A stretch of DNA of 64,000 nucleotides, from positions 124,001 through 188,000 of the forward strand of contig JAQGDQ010000391.1 of NCBI GenBank assembly GCA_030141605.1, in the 5' to 3' direction. Numbering within the stretch: the stretch's first letter is position 1; the number at the start of each line of letters is the position of its first letter. This document shows positions 37,013 through 50,124 of the stretch, one piece after another. A program made the position numbers and the translations under genes. The DNA comes from Tubiluchus corallicola (lineage: Eukaryota; Animalia; Priapulida). The notes beneath the pieces were generated by a model. The model searched no databases, was not told where the DNA came from, and saw nothing but the letters and a program-made list of their open reading frames with translations.

Positions 37013-38284
37013 ATTCATAATTTGTAAAATAATACGATATCATTAACAGTGACTGTAGTAATCAATTTTAAAAATATTTTTACGATGTGTGCTTTTATGT
37101 AGTAGAATTGACACTTTTATCCCACAATAAAATGTAACATGTATTATTATTATGTACAACATTAGCCCGTTTTCAACATAGGTAGATTGTTGTATGCACA
37201 CACGCACGCACGCATACATTCGCGCTGTGTTAGTAGCAACGCTGTAGAAAACGTGAACATTTAAACTCTCGCGGCCATTTTGACGATAATTGGCTTCAAA
37301 CAAGTTTAGATAACATTGTGCACGCTGCAATGTTCGACAAAGTAATCAGAGCATTCGTGGAGAGCATTTCACTAACTAAGCGAAGTACAACTCACTGTAT
37401 TAAAGATTAAAAGTCAAAAAGATTAAAAATACCTTTTTAGGTGAGTCACTGATGCATACTGGGAAGGTGAGTCAGTGACATTTTACCAGTTGGTGCAAAC
37501 ATTTAAATGACTAAGAAATTTCTTTTCGTTACAAAAGTCTTTCAAGTTTTTTAAGCGTAATGTTAATTAATAAAACTTTGTATGAAAATTTTTTGGGACA
37601 TGCTTTAAAGTTGCCTTTTCTTTCCCTTTATGATGAATGAATTCTGTGCATTACACTCAGTGCCTGCGTGCGTGATGGTTTTATGTTGTCAACATTACTG
37701 CGCGTTTTCTGCGAAATGATTTGTGATTCCCAAAGTCTAAATAAGGTTTACTCACGAACGGTAGTTGCTAATGCGCGACCAGCAATTACAGCGCGCTAGG
37801 GATTGTGGGATATGACCTATGGCTTCCCTCCAGAATGATAATGACTGCAATATTAGTTTAAAAACTACCTAAGCTCCAGTATCTTGTGAAATGGTTGGTA
37901 AATTAAACGAGAGGTAAGGTGGGATAAGGACGAAATTAAGCGAATTGGGGTGGGTGTGAGAAAGGAAAGATATTACGAACAGGTTTAGTTTAGTTTAATC
38001 TATTTGACACCCATAAAATAAACAAATATATTAAATTTATGACAATAAAAATAGTCAATAGGAAGCGGAAGGGACGCCAGAGATAAACTGCTTAAATGCG
38101 CCTCATAATGTAATACACTACATTACAGAATATTTTTAAGTAAAGTATTATTGAACCTAATGCAATATTGTGTGCCTATCGTAATACAAATACCTTACAG
38201 GCTATGCGAAGCGCATTCACAAATCTACTTTCGAATATTGGAGAACACTGTCTTCGGACTATTAAAAATATGTAGTTCTTACAT

Positions 38285-38436
38285 TTCTCTTTCTCTCTCT
38301 GTCTCACTCTTTCTCTCTCGCTCTCTCTGTCACTCATTCACTCTCTCTCTCGCTCTCTCTGTCACTCACTCTCTTTCTCGCTCTCTCACTCACTCTCTCT
38401 CTCTCTCACTCTCTCTCCCCCCTCTCTCTCTCTCTG

Positions 38437-38479
<43 letters not shown>

Positions 38480-38540
38480 TGCTATCACTCTCTACCTCTT
38501 TCCTCCCTCTTTTTCTCACTTTCCTTCTCTCTTGTTCCTT
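38285..38540 (+). repeat. (CT)n microsatellite
   Basis: Direct reading. Confidence 0.95.
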
Positions 38541-38894
38541 CTGCTATTGAAATCAATACGGTTAATTATTGATTGCCTTCATTACGGCTGTAATCCAGTG
38601 CGTGGCTTTTCGCTCCTACAATGTAATTAATAATAGCATGACGCATTGGAGCATAACTGTGGTCATACTGATTTACACAACCAACCCAAGAAGCCTAGCT
38701 GAAAGTGCTGTAGGCGGCTGATCGATCTATTTGCATCGATTCATGTCTGTTTTATTTAGTCATGCTTTATTTCACGTCTTTATTTCAAAAGTAAAACCCA
38801 ACATCTTCTTAATATTCGTTTTTTTACTTTAATTTAGCAGTAAATCTTGCGAGATCATTGTTTTTTCACCATCCGAAAGACTGAGACAGTCTTC

Positions 38895-39080
38895 AATTCA
38901 ATTCATTTTTTTATTTCGGTAACTAGGATCATATAAAATGTAAATACAGTTTGAAATAAATGAATGAAAATACAATGAAATAAAAATTGCAAAAGTAATT
39001 TTGTAGTATACAGGGTTAGTAAATTAAAAGCTAAATAAATTTTAGAGGCGCTAATTATGTAATAATTTGTTCCATTTCAC
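38895..39080 (-). mobile_element. Retroposon-like 3' end with (AATTG)n tail; second copy at 57231-57410 (+)
   Basis: The two segments are reverse-complement homologues sharing CCTCTAAAATTTATTTA, TTTACTAACCCTG and TAGTTACCGAAATAAAAA..AATTGAATTG. Confidence 0.7.
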
Positions 39081-41760
39081 AATTATGATTTCATCATTTG
39101 TTTTAAAATTTTGCAAAACGCGCGTATTTTTTTTTTTTTTGCTTAAAAGAACATTTTTCTGTTTTCCTTTTTTTTGTTTTCTTTCTCATGGGTCGCGGTA
39201 GTTCGAAGTAAAACACAACTAGTTAACTATACTAATTAGCTGCTAACAATATTAATAGAGACCGCCGCCTTTTTATTTCCGGGCCATTGTTAATGAAAAA
39301 ATTAAACCAAATCTCAATTTTTAAAATCATTTAAAAATCTTTTTAAAAGAATAAAATAGGCAGGTTGAAATTCGAAATCGTGACGTGTGGCCCCTGGATA
39401 GAATCAAAGGCAATATTTAACTTTTAATTATAATTTAGATGCGAATCAAGTAACTTTCAAACATTTCAATGACGTTCGAAACACTTTTATAAAGAATCTA
39501 ATGTGTGAAGGAACCGGTTCTATGAATCAACGGGTTTTATTTACAGTAGCAACGATCGTTTCTGTTTACTACCATTACCAATCTGAAAATAAGGCTTTGA
39601 GTAACATCATCTTGAGTGACGTTATCACAAAATTCATGAACAAAAGGCATAAAAAACACTACTAAATAATGAAGTTAGTGATGGGTTAAAGTAGGTATCG
39701 TATTGTTATGTACAGAAAAGCTTTCACTATTTCATTCATGTTCCAAAGTCGTTTACTCTAAAGAGAACAATAAAGAGTACATTAACAAGTAAGAAATTAA
39801 ATAAAATGATAAACAGAAGCTTAATAATTAAGAAGAAGACAACCTGTTGGTCAAAGTACTTTCACAAATTTCACAGATCGAATTCGCAAACTTAATTTAA
39901 ATTCGTGTAACTTACATCGTAGGCTCTTCATCAAGATTTATAATTTCTCAAGCTACAAATTTGGTAATAACTAAACGCTGTTGTTAACTAACACAATAAC
40001 CATAGAAAAAACATTGTTGTGAACAAGAACGCGACCATCATTGTTCTCCTCCCCTTCTCTCTTTCATCCCAACTACTGCTCGTAGAGGGCAGCACCTTCC
40101 AATAAATAAGTGCCATTATGCATATTGCAGTTGCACGTATCGTAGCTAGTTTTTCGTAACGTTTTGAGATTGACAATGGTTGTGAACCGAAAAGATCGTC
40201 ACTAATGTAAATAAAACACAAAGATTCTGTTTGACCTTCTGGTGACCCGGGATTATTTGTGATGGTTGAAAAACCATGCAGCAAACTCCAAATGGTTCTT
40301 AATGAGAAAAATTGTTAAAATAAAAAAGGATCTCGTAATAAATAAGACAAGATAAGACACTTGATTTATTGTTTGTGTTTAAAGACAACATTAACCGAAG
40401 CTAATATAATCGACACAGAGCTTCTTTGCTAAATAGAGAAGCAGCAAGATATTTGCCAGGTGAACCAACTTCAGAACGTTAAAAATGCATAAAAGTAATT
40501 TTAAAAAATCACTATAAAGTACATAAAAAATAAGTTTGCGTATTTCACATATTCGGGTAACAGCAAACCAGAATTCAGTACTTAGCGGAAAGACTTACGT
40601 AATGTGAAAGGTTGTGAGAAGTCTAGAATCTATCTCACCATCGTGGTAAGTATGATGAGACATTGTATCGGCAGAGTTGTCTCTGCCACACGAATTCATC
40701 CTCTCGCAACTAAATCCAGTTTATAGGGTATGAAACCGCCCTGTGCGAGTATTGAACCATGCGCCCCCATTCATTTGAAGCCCCATCTAGGCATGTCTGC
40801 ACTAAACATTTTACCGTGAACGCTCGGCTATTCACATAATGCATGCATAAAATTTTTTTTGAGACCAGTCTCTCTCCTTTCAGCATTTAAAGTACATTTC
40901 AACATTTGAAAAGACAAAAAATCCATTTGTTTTTATAAAGCTTAAAAGCCGCACTGAAATTTTGTATCACTTACATGCTATCTTACTATATACTGAGCGT
41001 TAACAGTAAGACTGCATAAAACTTAAAGGAAAACCTGACGATTGTGTAAACATTGGTTCAGAATAAAGAATGCTCTAAATATTAAAAACTACATTAAATA
41101 ATAATTACCGCGGATACTCAAATTTCGTTAAACTTTCAAAGCTACGCGCGGCTTAGTGAATCTACTAAGATTGGCAACGGCGCCTTTTTGTCACAATGGC
41201 GTGGCTGACAAATAGAAGACGGTACCGTGATAAGCATGATCATGAACTGCTGTGTTAATTTCTGACGTCACATGATGTACAGCCCATTTTTCTGACATCA
41301 CGCATTTACGCAGTAACACTTACGCAAACGTGTTTGACGAGCAAGGGAAGCTGCCTTCCATTGCACAAAGCAATTCTGACGTAAGCAATAGCTGCGTTCG
41401 GTTGCCATTAATTAACTTTCTAACCTAATTATTCAAATATAAGAAACAATTGTTAACTTTTATAGGCAGGAAAATGTATATTTTGGACAGTAAATTAAAA
41501 TAAGATTGAGTCTAAACAATCGTCTGGTCTTCCTTTAAAAGTTTAAACTGCAGTCACTTAACTTTCAGTCTTTTAATAAGAAATTTAAGTTATGCAAGTT
41601 CAAATAACATAACATTACATTACATTACATAACGAATCAGAGCAACTGTAACATAAAATTTATTAACTAAGCAAAATCATATAGAACTTTAAATTATTTT
41701 ATTTTGTCAGTAAGATGAATATCATTGTTTTTGGTGAAACTGTGACATTTTTTATGCACA

Positions 41761-42240
41761 CTGGCACAGTGAAACAGTGACGTTATTGATGCCAACTGGC
41801 ATAGTGAAACCGTGCAGTTATGGAAGCTAACTGGCACAGTGAAACAGTGACGTTATTGATGCCAACTCGCATAGTGAAACAGTCACGTTATGGATGCTAA
41901 CTGGCATAGTGAAACAGTCACGTTATAGATGCTAACTGGCATAGCGAAACAGTGACGTTATTGATGCTAACTGGCACAGTGAAACAGTGACGTTATGGAT
42001 GCTAACTGGCACAGTGAAACAGTGACGTTATTGATGCCAACTCGCATAGTGAAACAGTGACGTTATGGATGCTAACTGGCACAGTGAAACAGTGACGTTA
42101 TTGATGCCAACTCGCAGAGTGAAACAGTGACGTTATGGATGCTAACTCACTTAGCGAAACAGTGACGTTATTGATGCCAACTCGCACAGTGAAACAGTGA
42201 CGTTATGGATGCTAACTCACTTAGCGAAACAGTGACGTTT
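41761..42240 (+). repeat. 35-bp minisatellite, ~13.7 copies
   Basis: Unit CTGGCACAGTGAAACAGTGACGTTATTGATGCCAA, head-to-tail with no spacers. Confidence 0.95.
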
Positions 42241-43020
42241 ACCAGGTGAGGCGAGTATTTCAAATCACCAAGAATTTCCTCTTCCAGTTATAACAGTCTT
42301 CCAATAGCTATGTGTAATGATATAAATTTGGATAGAAGTTTTTTTTAGATAAAGCTGCCCGCTCTTTCCCTTTAATTTGATTCTAACTAGCCTATTTGTA
42401 AAGTAATTCACGTTAGTTTGTGTGCTAATGCTGTGAAACTTCGACTCACTCGTCTGGAAACGGGTCGATGCTAAAGAAAGATGAGTCGTGATTATAGTCG
42501 CGTATTGAGCGGTTGTACTGACAAGTGCCATAGCAACAGAAGCTGCTGAGACGAATGCCGACGCAGCAAATGGCTTAGACGAAATGCAAATCATTTTTAT
42601 TAAAATGTCAACATGAGAAAATGAAAATCGCATTTCGGCTAGCACGACTAGATTTTGGGAAAGGAGCTTTCAGCAGGCAACGAAGTGCAGACATTTTCAG
42701 ACTGAAAACAGCATCATGTCAACATTAGAAAACTGTCATTTCGACCTTTTTGGCACGGGTTGCTTTTATATACTGACAATGGAGTGTTTAGTTTTTGATC
42801 AAGATTGGAAAAAAAGCGCAAACCTCTTCAAACAATTCTTAATTTTGCTGCCTTTTTTTTACTTTAATTTTTATTCATCTTTATATAAACCGTCTATCAT
42901 TCCTGGTGACACTATTCAATCCGCAGACAGCAACGAATACCTTAATACAAATCAACTCAATTCTTGTTCGTTTCGGTAAAACAGTACCATAATTATAAAT
43001 TTAAAAGAAACTGTGAAAGT

Positions 43021-43411
43021 TGTAACTGTATATTTTAGGTGCTGCCATCTATTGATTAGTCACTTTAACATTTTACTAGTTAAAGTCACCCCTAGTACAA
43101 TTGCTCGGTCCAGTGAATATGCAAACTCACTGGATCTCCCCTATTTTTACTGTAATGGGATATGTGAAGCCAAGTTTTTGCATAGTTCTCTACCTATATA
43201 AACTGGTTGGAATTCACTTCTAGCCACTGTCTCTCTGTCACGCTCTCAGTGACGTGCAGTCGTGCTACACACTGTCTGACTCACACTCTCAGTGCAGTGC
43301 AGCAGTCGTGATCTTCATTTTACTTGTGTATTTTACTCATGTGTATTTAGTGTAATAAACGTGTTTCAGTTCGGTGCAGATATGTAATATAGTGTTCAGT
43401 CGTTTTCTACA
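43021..43411 (+). mobile_element. Solo LTR (391 bp), probably Gypsy-type
   Basis: TGTA..TACA termini, 4-bp TSD AAGT (43017-43020 and 43412-43415), TATA-like CTATATAAA near 43194 and AATAAA near 43354, in the expected order. Confidence 0.75.
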
Positions 43412-43507
43412 AAGTGTTCAACTTCAACTTCATAACTAACTTTCACAGAAACCACAGACTTCCCTTTGCTCAAATCAAGCGGAACTTCATATTCAACGAA
43501 TCCAACG

Positions 43508-44260
43508 AAGAAGTCACAAGAAAAAGTCACATGTAAAAAAATCACGGAAAAATAGCTCAAAGGAAAAAAGAAATAACCCTATCTCTAACCCTAGCCATAG
43601 CTGTTAACCGTAAGCCCTAACTATATAAATATAAATAATGTTTTCAATTTGTACAAGTCATATATTGCCAGTTAATAACTGATTTAAAATACTTTCTGGT
43701 TTATTACATTAATTGCTTGCGGTACAGATTGTGCCCACTATAAATTAATTTCTGTGATTTTTTTCCTACTAAAATTGTGGTCTGTTTCTGGCCACCATAA
43801 CTTAATTGTGACATTTTTTCTGTGACTTTTACCTAGCCAGAATTGTGGCTTTTTCTGGCCACCATAACTTACTTGTGACATTTTTTCTGTGACTTTTAAC
43901 TAGCCAGATTTGTGGCTTTTTTCTGGCCACCATAACTTAATTGTGACATTTTTTCTGTGACTTTTACATAGCCAGATTTGTGGCTTTTTTCTGGCCACCA
44001 TAACTTAATTGTGACATTTTTTCTGTGACTTTTACCTAGCCAGAATTGTGGCTTTTTTCTGGCCACCATAACTTAATTGTGACATTTTTCTGTGACTTTT
44101 AACTAACCTGAATTGTGACTTTTTTTCTGGCCACCATAACTTAATTGTGACATTTTTTCTGGCCACCATAACTTAATTGTTACATTTTTCTGTGACTTTT
44201 TTCTGGCCTCGATGACTTATTTGTGACTTTCTTTACTGTGACTTTTTTCGAGTGACATTG
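43508..44260 (+). mobile_element. Foldback-like element with an amplified 67-68-bp tandem repeat (43786-44210); related short copy at 56490-56705
   Basis: The left arm has AAAAGTCAC-type repeats, the centre a CCTAAC-like tract and the right arm GTGACTTTT repeats. Confidence 0.6.
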
Positions 44261-44982
44261 TAAAAGCTATTGTAAAAGCTACAGTATTTGAACTTGTCAG
44301 GTTCACCTTTCAGTCTTATAAGCAATTCTCAATGTGTTCGTCGAAGCTGAGCTAGATTATAAAAATTTAATGAGACACGAACATTTTGCGGCTAAAATTG
44401 TTTTCTCTGCGCATATATACGTAACCTCATTACCTGGCGGTATTTTATTGCTATATTAGTTTGCTCTTTCCGACGTTTATTTGAAGATAACAAGAGTGCA
44501 GAGATTCATTTCGAAGGAAGAATTCAAGTAGCAAGCTCTACGTGAAATTGCCTTACAGCGTGCCCTTCAGCAAAACTTAATCTCGTTCAATCTCGTGCAC
44601 TCTCGCGAGATTTGACAGAATTGCCTCAATCAGGCGCCTACGTCGTTGAACATATGAAATAATAAAATGCGAAGTGCACTAGATGATTAAATGATTTCGT
44701 TTCGCATGGAAACGTTTGATCAAACGATACAAGTTTGCATTAATCTTGCTGTCATTGTATTGAAAAGCAAATAAAAACAAATATAGGCCTGTAACTGACT
44801 GCAAACGATTGCAAAGTTTATAATTATAACTAGTGGATAGATAACTAAGCACCCGATGGCTCCCTTTTCTAAACAAAAATCATTAAAAATTTCTCTTCGC
44901 TTTTGGATAATACTGAGTTATTTTATTTGTGCGTTTTCGTGTTGTGTTAATGTACTTTTCGTAGAAAAAATAATAGCGTTAA

Positions 44983-45153
44983 TAATAATGATGATGACGG
45001 TGATAATGATGACGATGGTGATGATGATGATGATGACGATGATGACGGTGATGATGTTGCTGATGCCGGTGATGATGATGATGATAATGATGATGATGAT
45101 GATGATAATGATGATGATGATGGCGATGATGCTAATGATGCCAATGATGATGT
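44983..45153 (+). repeat. (GAT)n microsatellite
   Basis: Direct reading. Confidence 0.95.
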
Positions 45154-46444
45154 TGAAAAACAATAAATGCAAAATTTGGAGATTTTAATACTTTTAAAAT
45201 AAAAAAGCTGAAATTTTGCAAAGAAAATATAATTTGTCCTTTAAATTTTGTTTGCGCTTAAATGTTTCTAACCTACTCAGTTAAATTTCTATGTAAATTG
45301 GGTAAAATTATTTTAGGGTACGTTTTTGTGTCTACCCCGCATACAGGCACATTATGAAACAGAAGTAATATTTGGCTTCATTCATTTACGTTAATCGTAC
45401 GAAACCCTAAGGCTTCACTAACACATTTGTGGAATTTTTAACAATCGTAATAGATGAAAACGTTTCAACAATCACAAAATCACAAAATTTCATTGAACGT
45501 GAAACTCGTGCACACAAAATGTAATTCTGTTTAACTGAACTCGTAAATTCAAAATTTCCTCCCTAATCGGGCTCTCAAAAATTCGAACTGCAGAGTTTTT
45601 GGAATCAACCTGTCGTATCACAATAAACCATAGTGCAAATGCCACGCGTGCGCAGAGAGAATTTGCTAGGCTCGTGGAAAGACGAGACAAACAATGGGCA
45701 CCATTTTGTACAATAGAAAAACATCATTCGATTTCATGGTAAGAACAGGCAATGTTAATGCATACCTTACTAACATTTTATGTACAATAGTGAAACATTG
45801 CATTTAACGACTGCTCAAAAAAGACACGCTTCAAATTCTTTGAAGTTCAAGAGTCATGCTCCGAAGATTAATATGGCTAAGACCTTCTAAGACCTAATAT
45901 GATACCTTTTAAGATTACTGAGTAAGGCACCAGTAAGAATCGCCTTAAAGGGAGCAAAAAAGCCACCTAGCTAGCAAAAGATAACTTGTATTGCTAAGAT
46001 AAGTAAATATGTTCGACAACTTCGACTAAATTTATCTTTGAGAGTAGAAGAACTTGCGCTATTAGCTCCAGGAGTGGGTGGAATGCTTTAATAAATTGGT
46101 AATGGATCAATGTCTATATCAGACGGAATGAGGCTTTGATATATGACGATGAATGATTCACTGTTGAAATACAGTATTATTCTATTTGCATTCTCTCTGC
46201 GCATGCGCGCCATTTAAATCTAGTTGAAACAACTAAGTATACTAGATCTCATATTCTTTACCAGTGTGATAGTAAATGTAAAAAGGCAGAAATGAAATGC
46301 ATTGCAGGTCTAAGCCGCCATATTGCAGAACTTATCTTTTATGCAAAAGACATGGTAACAACTTTTGCATGTCTTTAACAACAATATAGTTTAAAGAACA
46401 ATAAAAATTATTAGGCTAAAAAAATTTTCTTTATCAGTGACAAC

Positions 46445-47352
46445 AACTATTACTATCATTACAACTGCTGTTATTATTCCAGTTATTGTTACTGGCTACT
46501 GTTACAGTTACTAATACTATTACTGTTACTGTTACTGTTACCGTTACCGTTACTGTTACTATTACTATCACCATTACTATAATGCTACCATTACCGTTAC
46601 CATTACCATTACCATTACCATTATCTAATACATTATTATTATTACTACTACTACTTCTACTACTGTTACTATCACTAACACTGTTACTATCATTACCACC
46701 ACCACTATCACTACCACTACCACCATCACTACCACTACCACTACCATTACCACTACCATTACCACTACCACTACCACTACCACTACCACTACCACTACCA
46801 CCACCACAACCATTACCACTACCATTACCGCTACCACTACCACTACCACTACCACTACCACTACCACTACCACTACCACTACCACAACCATTACCACTAC
46901 CATTACCGCTACCACTACCACTACCACTACCACTATCACTACCACTATCACTATCACTACCACTATCACTATCACTATCACTATAACTATCACTAGCACT
47001 ATTATTATCACTATCACTAGCACAACCACTATCACTATCACTATAACTATCACTAGCACTATTACTACCACTATCACTATCACTAGCACAACCACTACCA
47101 CTATCACTAACACTATTACTATCACTACCACCACCACTATCACTATAACTATCACTAACACTATTACTACCACTACCACTATCACTATCACTATCACTAG
47201 CACAACCACTACCACTATCACTAACACTATTACCATCACTATCACTATCACCATCACTACCACTATCACTATTACTGTCAATATCACCATTACTATTACT
47301 ACTGCTACTATTGCTACACTATTACGATTACGACTGTTACTGTTTACTATTA
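46445..47352 (+). repeat. Compound (ACT/ACC/ATC)n simple repeat
   Basis: Direct reading; explains the LPLP and poly-V/I ORFs. Confidence 0.95.
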
Positions 47353-47687
47353 TCATGTTTTTTATTACTTGAAAAACACGTTCAACGCTGAACAAAATGA
47401 GTAATAAATGCAAAATTCAGAGCATGAGAATAGACCACCGAAACATTTCTTCTCGGCAGCTCTAGCTTTAGTACTGAACTATGCAGTGGTTCATGACCTG
47501 GCAGACACATCACCCACTCAAGTACAATGGATAATTAGAGAAATTAATAATTAAAAGACGAAGCAGATCATCGATACCTAATAAAATAATTATGCCAACC
47601 ATATGCGAAGAACAACGCCTTATTCGTGAATGCACGTTTTTCTCTCTACGCTTCAGTTTATTCAGAAGCTTTTACAAAACCCATAGA

Positions 47688-48038
47688 TGATCTGTTGAAG
47701 TTGTTATTATTCGGAAAAGATTAATTTAACTATGTTGCTAACTGTAAAATATTCCATTGTATACATGACTTTATATTACGTACTAAACGCTTCCAGTAGT
47801 TTCAATCTGATATAAAATGCATCAGTCTTAAATAATCTTACATTGATATTTTCTAACCGTCATTTTCTACTAATGTGTGATGTAATATTCTAGTAAAACT
47901 TGTCAGCTTGTGTAGTTATAGTCTATTCTTACTGTAAATGTTTATGTAAATAGTGTATAAAGTCTGTTGTGGTGAGGATCTTAAATCATGTTGTTCAAAC
48001 TGTCTGATCCAATCCTAAATAATGTTTAAACTAAACTG
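47688..48038 (+). mobile_element. 5'-truncated non-LTR retroposon insertion
   Basis: An exact 11-bp direct repeat AAACCCATAGA lies at 47677-47687 and 48039-48049, and the insert ends in a short (TAAAC)n tail. Confidence 0.65.
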
Positions 48039-50124
48039 AAACCCATAGAACAATGAAGATTGCTAATGCGCAGTGTCTTCTTACACCAGTTGTACTAATT
48101 ACAAATTAATGCGTTTTCTTAACCTGTAAAGTCTTTTCTCTTATGAAATGTATTTTTAGCTAAGATCTTTACTTCCGTTTCTTATATTACTACGTATTTT
48201 ATATGGTACCTGCCTGACAGGTTTCTTACATAAAGCAAAATCGGATCCAATCTTAAACTGTAGGAGAAAACAATCTACGCTCTAAACTATTATTGAAAGG
48301 AAACAATTTTTCAAAAAGAATAACGTGAAAGAATTTTTACCTCACAAACACAATTTCGCTGAAAATTATGTTAGTTTGTTATGTCATCAATAGCTGGGGT
48401 CGCAGGCCATTAATTAAGTTTTTAATCTATTGCTTAATTATCAGAAACACTTTTGCAGCATTAACTGTTTTAAAATGTACACATTTTATCGGATTTGAAA
48501 ATGGGGTAGTATAGGAAAAATCTTCCTGTCTTTCTTTAATCAAGGCCAAACCTTCTGGAAAGTTTATTTCAATGTTTGCGAAGAATGTTAGAAGGGTTGA
48601 TTAATAAAGGCATAGTAAGTGTCTCGTTTAAATAGTAAAATCTCTTTAAAGCAACGATGATTTGACGTTTAGCACTGCCAGTTTGAACACATATTTTTCT
48701 ACCAATGACGTCGTTCATAATTATGTGGGTTGTGTTTTAATCAAGTACTCATTAGCTTATACTAGAATCAACTTACGTACTGCTGTAATAACTGCAATAT
48801 TACACTAATTGTATTAATTCCACAAGTACTGGATTTCTGAATTAAGTAGTAACTTTGTACATTACAATTTACAACTTATATTTTGCATGGGCTAATAGGG
48901 TTATTTACATCGAGAATCGTTTCTGTTATCGTACCTAATGTATGGGTTTTGTAAATTTCAATTAAGTATTAACTAATTAACTAGTCATAAATTTGTATTA
49001 ACTATTTTCACCTATTACGTTCTCGGACTAACTAATTGTATATTTCGTAACTGCACATAGTGGAAATACTGTGATCAGTAATAGTTACTGTGTTGTAAAT
49101 ACACTCAAAGTAAATAAAGTTTAAATCATATCATCGTGCTTATCAAAGATGATAATTTTATCATATCGATGATATCAAAGTTTTCTTATCATCGGCTTGG
49201 AAACAGCACGCTGTCAATTTCTATCAAAAGTATAACAATTTTTTATACAAAAGTGGTTACCTAATTTTATAACATTTTTGCATGAACATTAGGTCAGCTG
49301 CAGAACTTTTAATTAGTTTAGGTAGACCATGCTTACGGAAACACACGATGCGTTTACGAAAAGTCACGATGTCCACCGGTTACATCATAATTTTCCAACT
49401 GAATGGCGGAAAATTTTAAGTTTAAGTGGTAACAACACAAATAACACAACTAAATTACCTGACCTTTCCTTTAACTAAAGAATTAATTTTCTTATTATTT
49501 TGTGCATTTTAAGAAATTATTTTATTGATTTCCACCCCCCTTACCCAACCCCCACCCCACCCCCACCTTTGTATTCTGAAGAAGTGCTATTTTTATATGG
49601 TGCTGAGTCCTTTAATTAATAATGCAACTCATTCTCGAGATTGTGATTATCCGTTCTGCTGCATCTTTCCTGTGAAATGTGTGTCTTGTACAGCAAATAC
49701 CCATGTCGAAATTAACAAGGTGAAAGGAAAATTTCCTAGCGCCATTTTACGTCTCACTAACCAATTAATTTGCTTTTGTAAAAAATAACTAGAGACTCTA
49801 ATTATAATTTTGTAATAATTAGAATTAAATAGTAATGTTTTATTAAGGCCTTAATTTTTAATATTAATCATAATTTGAAATGTTAACCACAATTTTCTAT
49901 CAATTTTTTACATTTCGCATTTATTTTTTCGAATAAACTATGTTTAACATAGCTAACAAAAGTTAAACCTAAACAGAAACAGAGAGAAAATGCTTGCCAA
50001 CCTCAGAACAAATTAATAAATAAAAAAGAGTAAGAAAGTGCTAGTCAATACCAGAAACCTTCGAAATGAAACCAGCAAAACATTTGAGTTTTTCAAAACC
50101 ACAAGATAAAAACGGTATAGTTAC

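Noticed and set aside
41761-42240. CRISPR-like array (35-bp repeats)
   Set aside because: Units are head-to-tail with no unique spacers, there are no cas genes, and the context is a eukaryotic intron.
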